Assembly (NCBI GenBank): GCA_051294905.1
Contig: CM119378.1
Location: 14,632,001 to 14,696,000, forward strand
Source: Botryllus schlosseri
Lineage: Eukaryota
DNA: 64,000 nucleotides
Direction of reading: 5' to 3'
A program made the translations under genes and the position numbers. The notes below the pieces were generated by a model. It saw only the letters and a list, made by a program, of their open reading frames with translations. It was not told the origin of the DNA and searched no databases. Below, one piece after another: positions 60,335-64,000 of the stretch; position 1 is the first letter of the stretch, and each line of letters opens with the position of its first letter.

Positions 60335-61030
60335 ATGGGCCGTAAGTCATTTGATGCAAATGAACCGGTACGCAAAAGTCGTGATGTACTTGATTCAACT
60401 CGAATCGAGCTTATGCTGGATCGTTATGCAGCAAATATATTAGGAGAGCCGGAACCACATTTGCAAGCCGAGCATGTAAAATGCTCAACCGAAGCATCGA
60501 AAAACGAGCAGAAAGAAGCAAATAGTTCTAAAAAAGAACCTGAGGTTGTAGTGTTTAACTCGCGATCCAAATCTAAACAGTCCTACCTAAGCAGTCATAA
60601 AATAATGAAAAACATAGTGTCTAAGCAGAACGATGATTCCAATTCAGCAAAGTTAACAAACGGGCGGCTAAATTCGTCTGAGGTTCTGCAAAAACTCAAG
60701 TTTGATGTCGGCTCATTTGGAATGAAGGCTCTTTCCAAAGAACAACAAAGAGAAAAAGAGAAACGAAGAGCCATAAGATTGGGAGCAAAGCCCCCAAAAC
60801 GAAAATCGACTAATTACAAGGACTATATCGAAGAACGAAAAAGATTGAAAGAGACCGCCACTGACAATGCTATGCAATCACAGGAGATGAAATCGAGAAG
60901 CAAGAATCTGCCTCAGCCTAAATTTTGGAAAGAAGGTAATAAAAGTTTATCGGCGCAGGTCGGGAAATACAGAAACGGTGTTCTGAAGCTCTCCTCTAAA
61001 GATATCAAGTCAATTAGTAAGCGACGATGA
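60335..61030 (+). CDS. C1orf131: C1orf131/DUF4602-like small-subunit processome assembly factor (231 aa, single exon)
   Basis: Uninterrupted ORF with family-like motifs EVVVF, KFDVGSFG, AIRLGAKPPK...NYK and C-terminal QVGKYRNGVLKLSSKDIKSI. Assignment is by motif recognition; no search was run. Confidence 0.8.
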   Translation: MGRKSFDANEPVRKSRDVLDSTRIELMLDRYAANILGEPEPHLQAEHVKCSTEASKNEQKEANSSKKEPEVVVFNSRSKSKQSYLSSHKIMKNIVSKQNDDSNSAKLTNGRLNSSEVLQKLKFDVGSFGMKALSKEQQREKEKRRAIRLGAKPPKRKSTNYKDYIEERKRLKETATDNAMQSQEMKSRSKNLPQPKFWKEGNKSLSAQVGKYRNGVLKLSSKDIKSISKRR

Positions 61031-61725
61031 TTTTGGGATAATTGTAATTGCTTGTGTTGTGCCGGGGGATGGAATTGATAGTCATATAGGCAGCAGATTC
61101 ATTAAGAACTTCGCACAATTATTGACAAGTGTGATTGTGTTGAGTTTGTGAATAAGAGAAGCGTGGAGCCTCCTAAAATAACTGACTGGGGAAGAATATA
61201 CTGCCTGAATTACAATGTTATTGCTAGTTGACTATATGATACAACATATGACTTGCTGTCTGCACGATTGTAGCTTCTTCCGATTTTGACCATGTCTTAC
61301 TATATCCTGCATATTTTGTGGTGTCTTGCAACTATATTAATATCTTGAATGATTTGCATCCAACAAAATATTTACCTGCCCTGCTAAAGTCTGTGAACTT
61401 TATTTGTGATGGTAGTCAAATATCTTTCTCGGATTACCTGGTGAAGTTGGTATAGTAATGGATAAGTGTATAGACAATTATCCCAAAATATGTGTAATAG
61501 CCTATCCATTGATTCAGGAGGAATCACATGGAAGCATGTGCAGAAGTGCGTATCTTGCTTCATTCGGTCCGTTTTAAATTGCTTTACCTTTGCAATGTCC
61601 TGTTTTAGGAATGATACATGAGCAAAACCTTTGAAATGACCGTTTTCATTTAAATTGTCTTACAGAAAGCTACTAATAGCGCTATACAATAAGCTTGAGA
61701 TCATCCGACGCCTTGTGAGCTCGCA

Positions 61726-64000
61726 ATGGGCTCTTCGTCGAAGAAAAGCAAGAAGGATAGCAAGCATAAAAAGCACAAGCGCTCCAGTCCCGAATACGAG
61801 GAAAGCCGCAGTCCCCGGGACAGACGCCGCAAGAGAGAACACAGCGAAAGTGACGAAGAGAGGTCGAGGCATAAAAAGCAAAAGAAAAAACAGAGAAAAG
61901 AGCACCGTCAGGAGCGCGAATCTCCAGAACGAGAGAGAAAGCGTCCGAAAGAGCAACGTACAGACCGAAACGGAAATGGCGTCGAAAGCAATATCCGTTC
62001 GGAAGATACTTCAGATACTGCAGCCGGTAATAGAGAAGGCGCTGCTTCTCTCAGTATCGACGAAACCAACGCGCTGCGCGAAAAACTCGGGCTCAAACCT
62101 CTTGATGTTGGCGAATCTTTGAAAGTGGAGGATGCCGAGAAAAAGGCTGACTTTGTACACGCTCCGGCCGAAGATTTGTGGAAAAAGCAAAAAGAGGACA
62201 AGATGAGAGAGAAATTGAAAGCGATCAAAGAGAGGAGGAATATCAACAAAAAAATGGGGAAAGTAAAAACTATAGGTGAAGAGGAGGACGAACTCGATTC
62301 GGTGACCTGGGTCCAAAGAAGCCGAGAGAATGAGAGAAAACGGAAGGAAGCGGAAAAAAGAGAGAAAGAAATCTCGCGAATGGATAAAGAATTCGGCATC
62401 GGGGGTCTGGTTAAAGACGAACTTCGCGACATGAGAAACCAAAGTTACACGTCAAAAGATTTGAAAGGTATGACCGTGAAGCATTCGCTCGATCTCTTCA
62501 AGGAAGGCCGTAGCGAGGTGCTGACCTTAGAAGACAGGGATGTGCTGGACACGGAAAACGATGACGTGCTGGTCGGCGCTAACTTGATCGATCTGGAAAA
62601 GGCAAAAAGAAACAACGAAGTAAAGACTAAAGGCTCGCGATACCAAGCTTTTGAAGACGAAGAGGTGGACGAATTGGGGTTTTTCAAACCAAAATCTTTA
62701 CTGTCTCAGTATGATGAAGAAATTGACGGCGTCCGCCAAGATAAATTCACTATCGGCGCGCACGGCAAAGTCGACACCACTTGGGAGAAGCAGAAAGAAG
62801 ATATGAAGAAAGAAATTCGTGCGGCCGGCGTCAGTTTAGCGCCGCCCCAATTGAAGATAGCCTCCGAGTATTTAACGGAAGAGGAGATGAAGTTTAAGAA
62901 GCGCAAGAAAAAAGTGAGGAAAGTGCGCAAACGCGAGAATCTCAAAGCGGACGACTTGTTGCCTCTACCCGGGAAGTCGTCTATGTCTGATTTAGGGTCG
63001 AGGGGTAAGGTTAAACCCGGGACCATACCAGGTTGGGATGAAGGTGTCGAAAAGGCTCATATCGACGACGCCAGCATCTCGTCTACATCTTTGATGGACG
63101 TTAAAGAAGAGAGAGAGGTGATTTATGACGATGGCGATGTCGGGCAGGAGTTACAAAAAGCCTTGGACAAAGCGAGGAAGGCTAAATTCGTGAAAGCCAA
63201 CATGGTGTCCGAGGATACGGCGGCCGAAAAAGTAACTGCGCACTTGGAGAAGTTAAATCGTGTCAAGTTAATCGATCCTGCGTCTAATTATTCCACGACA
63301 ATCTCATTGAATTCGACTGACGAATTCTGTAGGCAAGTCGGAATTGGGTCTGATTTACGTATGATCAAAGAAGAGCCGATGAACGCCGAGTCCAACTTAG
63401 ACGAGGCAGACATGGATATTGACGCGCAAGATGAGCCTACAGGTTGGAATGAACCAGCGGAACAGCCTACCAAGTCGATACCGCAACCTCAACCAGATGA
63501 GGATGAAGGCCACGCACCTATCGAAGCAGAGCCGTTAGCTAAAGGCGGATTGGCTGGAGCCTTGATGTTGGCAGGGAGGAAAGGTTATCTTGTGGAGGAA
63601 AAGAAAAAAAATTCAGTTGTGTTCACGCATGAGCAACGACAGCTGCTGTCTGCTAATTACTCGATTGAAGATAAAAACGCAGTTGATCATTTGGATAAGT
63701 ACGCTCATGAGAAATACTCGAAAGACCGCACCAGCAGACACGACCGCGGCGCTGTCACTGAGTTTGAAGAGAAGAAAAACTACAAGCCTGCGGTGAAAAT
63801 TGAATACGTAGACGACCATGGCAGGTTGATGAGTTCGAAGGAGGCGTTCAGGAAGCTGTCGCATCGTTTCCACGGGAAAGGCTCGGGCAAGATGAAGCAG
63901 GAAAAGAGACAGAAGAAAAGGCTGGAGGAGGACATGATGATGCGCATGAGCTCGACGGATACGCCGCTCAACACCGTGGCGATGATGAAGGATAAATTGG
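61726..64000 (+). CDS. SART1: U4/U6.U5 tri-snRNP-associated protein 1 (SART1/Snu66), single long exon, runs off the window end
   Basis: ATG at 61726; 758 codons with no stop to the window end (absent from the ORF track because it has no stop). HIND motif SLSIDETNALREKLGLKPL, LLSQYDEEI, ASEYLTEEEMKFKKRKKKVRK, KIEYVDDHG, AFRKLSHRFHGKGSGKMK, MSSTDTPL. Confidence 0.95.
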   Translation, partial: MGSSSKKSKKDSKHKKHKRSSPEYEESRSPRDRRRKREHSESDEERSRHKKQKKKQRKEHRQERESPERERKRPKEQRTDRNGNGVESNIRSEDTSDTAAGNREGAASLSIDETNALREKLGLKPLDVGESLKVEDAEKKADFVHAPAEDLWKKQKEDKMREKLKAIKERRNINKKMGKVKTIGEEEDELDSVTWVQRSRENERKRKEAEKREKEISRMDKEFGIGGLVKDELRDMRNQSYTSKDLKGMTVKHSLDLFKEGRSEVLTLEDRDVLDTENDDVLVGANLIDLEKAKRNNEVKTKGSRYQAFEDEEVDELGFFKPKSLLSQYDEEIDGVRQDKFTIGAHGKVDTTWEKQKEDMKKEIRAAGVSLAPPQLKIASEYLTEEEMKFKKRKKKVRKVRKRENLKADDLLPLPGKSSMSDLGSRGKVKPGTIPGWDEGVEKAHIDDASISSTSLMDVKEEREVIYDDGDVGQELQKALDKARKAKFVKANMVSEDTAAEKVTAHLEKLNRVKLIDPASNYSTTISLNSTDEFCRQVGIGSDLRMIKEEPMNAESNLDEADMDIDAQDEPTGWNEPAEQPTKSIPQPQPDEDEGHAPIEAEPLAKGGLAGALMLAGRKGYLVEEKKKNSVVFTHEQRQLLSANYSIEDKNAVDHLDKYAHEKYSKDRTSRHDRGAVTEFEEKKNYKPAVKIEYVDDHGRLMSSKEAFRKLSHRFHGKGSGKMKQEKRQKKRLEEDMMMRMSSTDTPLNTVAMMKDKL

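Noticed and set aside
61655-63974. Multiple ORF-track entries over the SART1 region
   Set aside because: They are off-frame or antisense ORFs caused by the purine-rich SART1 coding sequence; the real frame starts at 61726.

Overview
Eukaryotic, AT-rich animal genomic DNA with compact GT-AG introns (many 48-90 nt) and dense DNA-transposon content. An ascidian/tunicate source is my inference, not proven. The ORF track is mostly uninformative because the real genes are spliced, so I rebuilt them by hand from splice sites and reading phase. (1) Three tandem + strand CYP2-clan cytochrome P450 paralogs. Copy A (372-8059, 5' part outside the window) is disabled by a lost splice donor and a 13-nt frameshifting deletion. 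Copies B (20363-27907) and C (44566-52507) are intact, each with 9 coding exons and 492 aa. (2) Between A and B, on the - strand, are two head-to-tail single-pass membrane genes not visible as such in the ORF track. One (15419-13908) encodes a small adaptor-like protein with a short Cys-containing ectodomain, a TM helix containing a Glu, and an ITAM-like tail. The other (13370-11144) encodes a receptor with a CUB-like ectodomain and tandem D-x-Y-A-x-V motifs. Most of the pair is bracketed by a ~0.5 kb inverted repeat. This possible activating/inhibitory immunoreceptor pair is the most interesting thing in the window. (3) Between B and C is a ~9.5 kb non-coding foldback-like structure with telomere-like G-rich minisatellite sequence, inverted arrays of ~260-290 bp subrepeats and a tandem MITE array. 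(4) There are many hAT elements with perfect 8-bp TSDs, palindromic MITEs, a LINE RT relic and a tRNA-derived SINE. (5) At the right end are an intronless C1orf131-like gene and an intronless SART1 gene running off the window. No CRISPR arrays, rRNA or bona fide tRNA genes were found.
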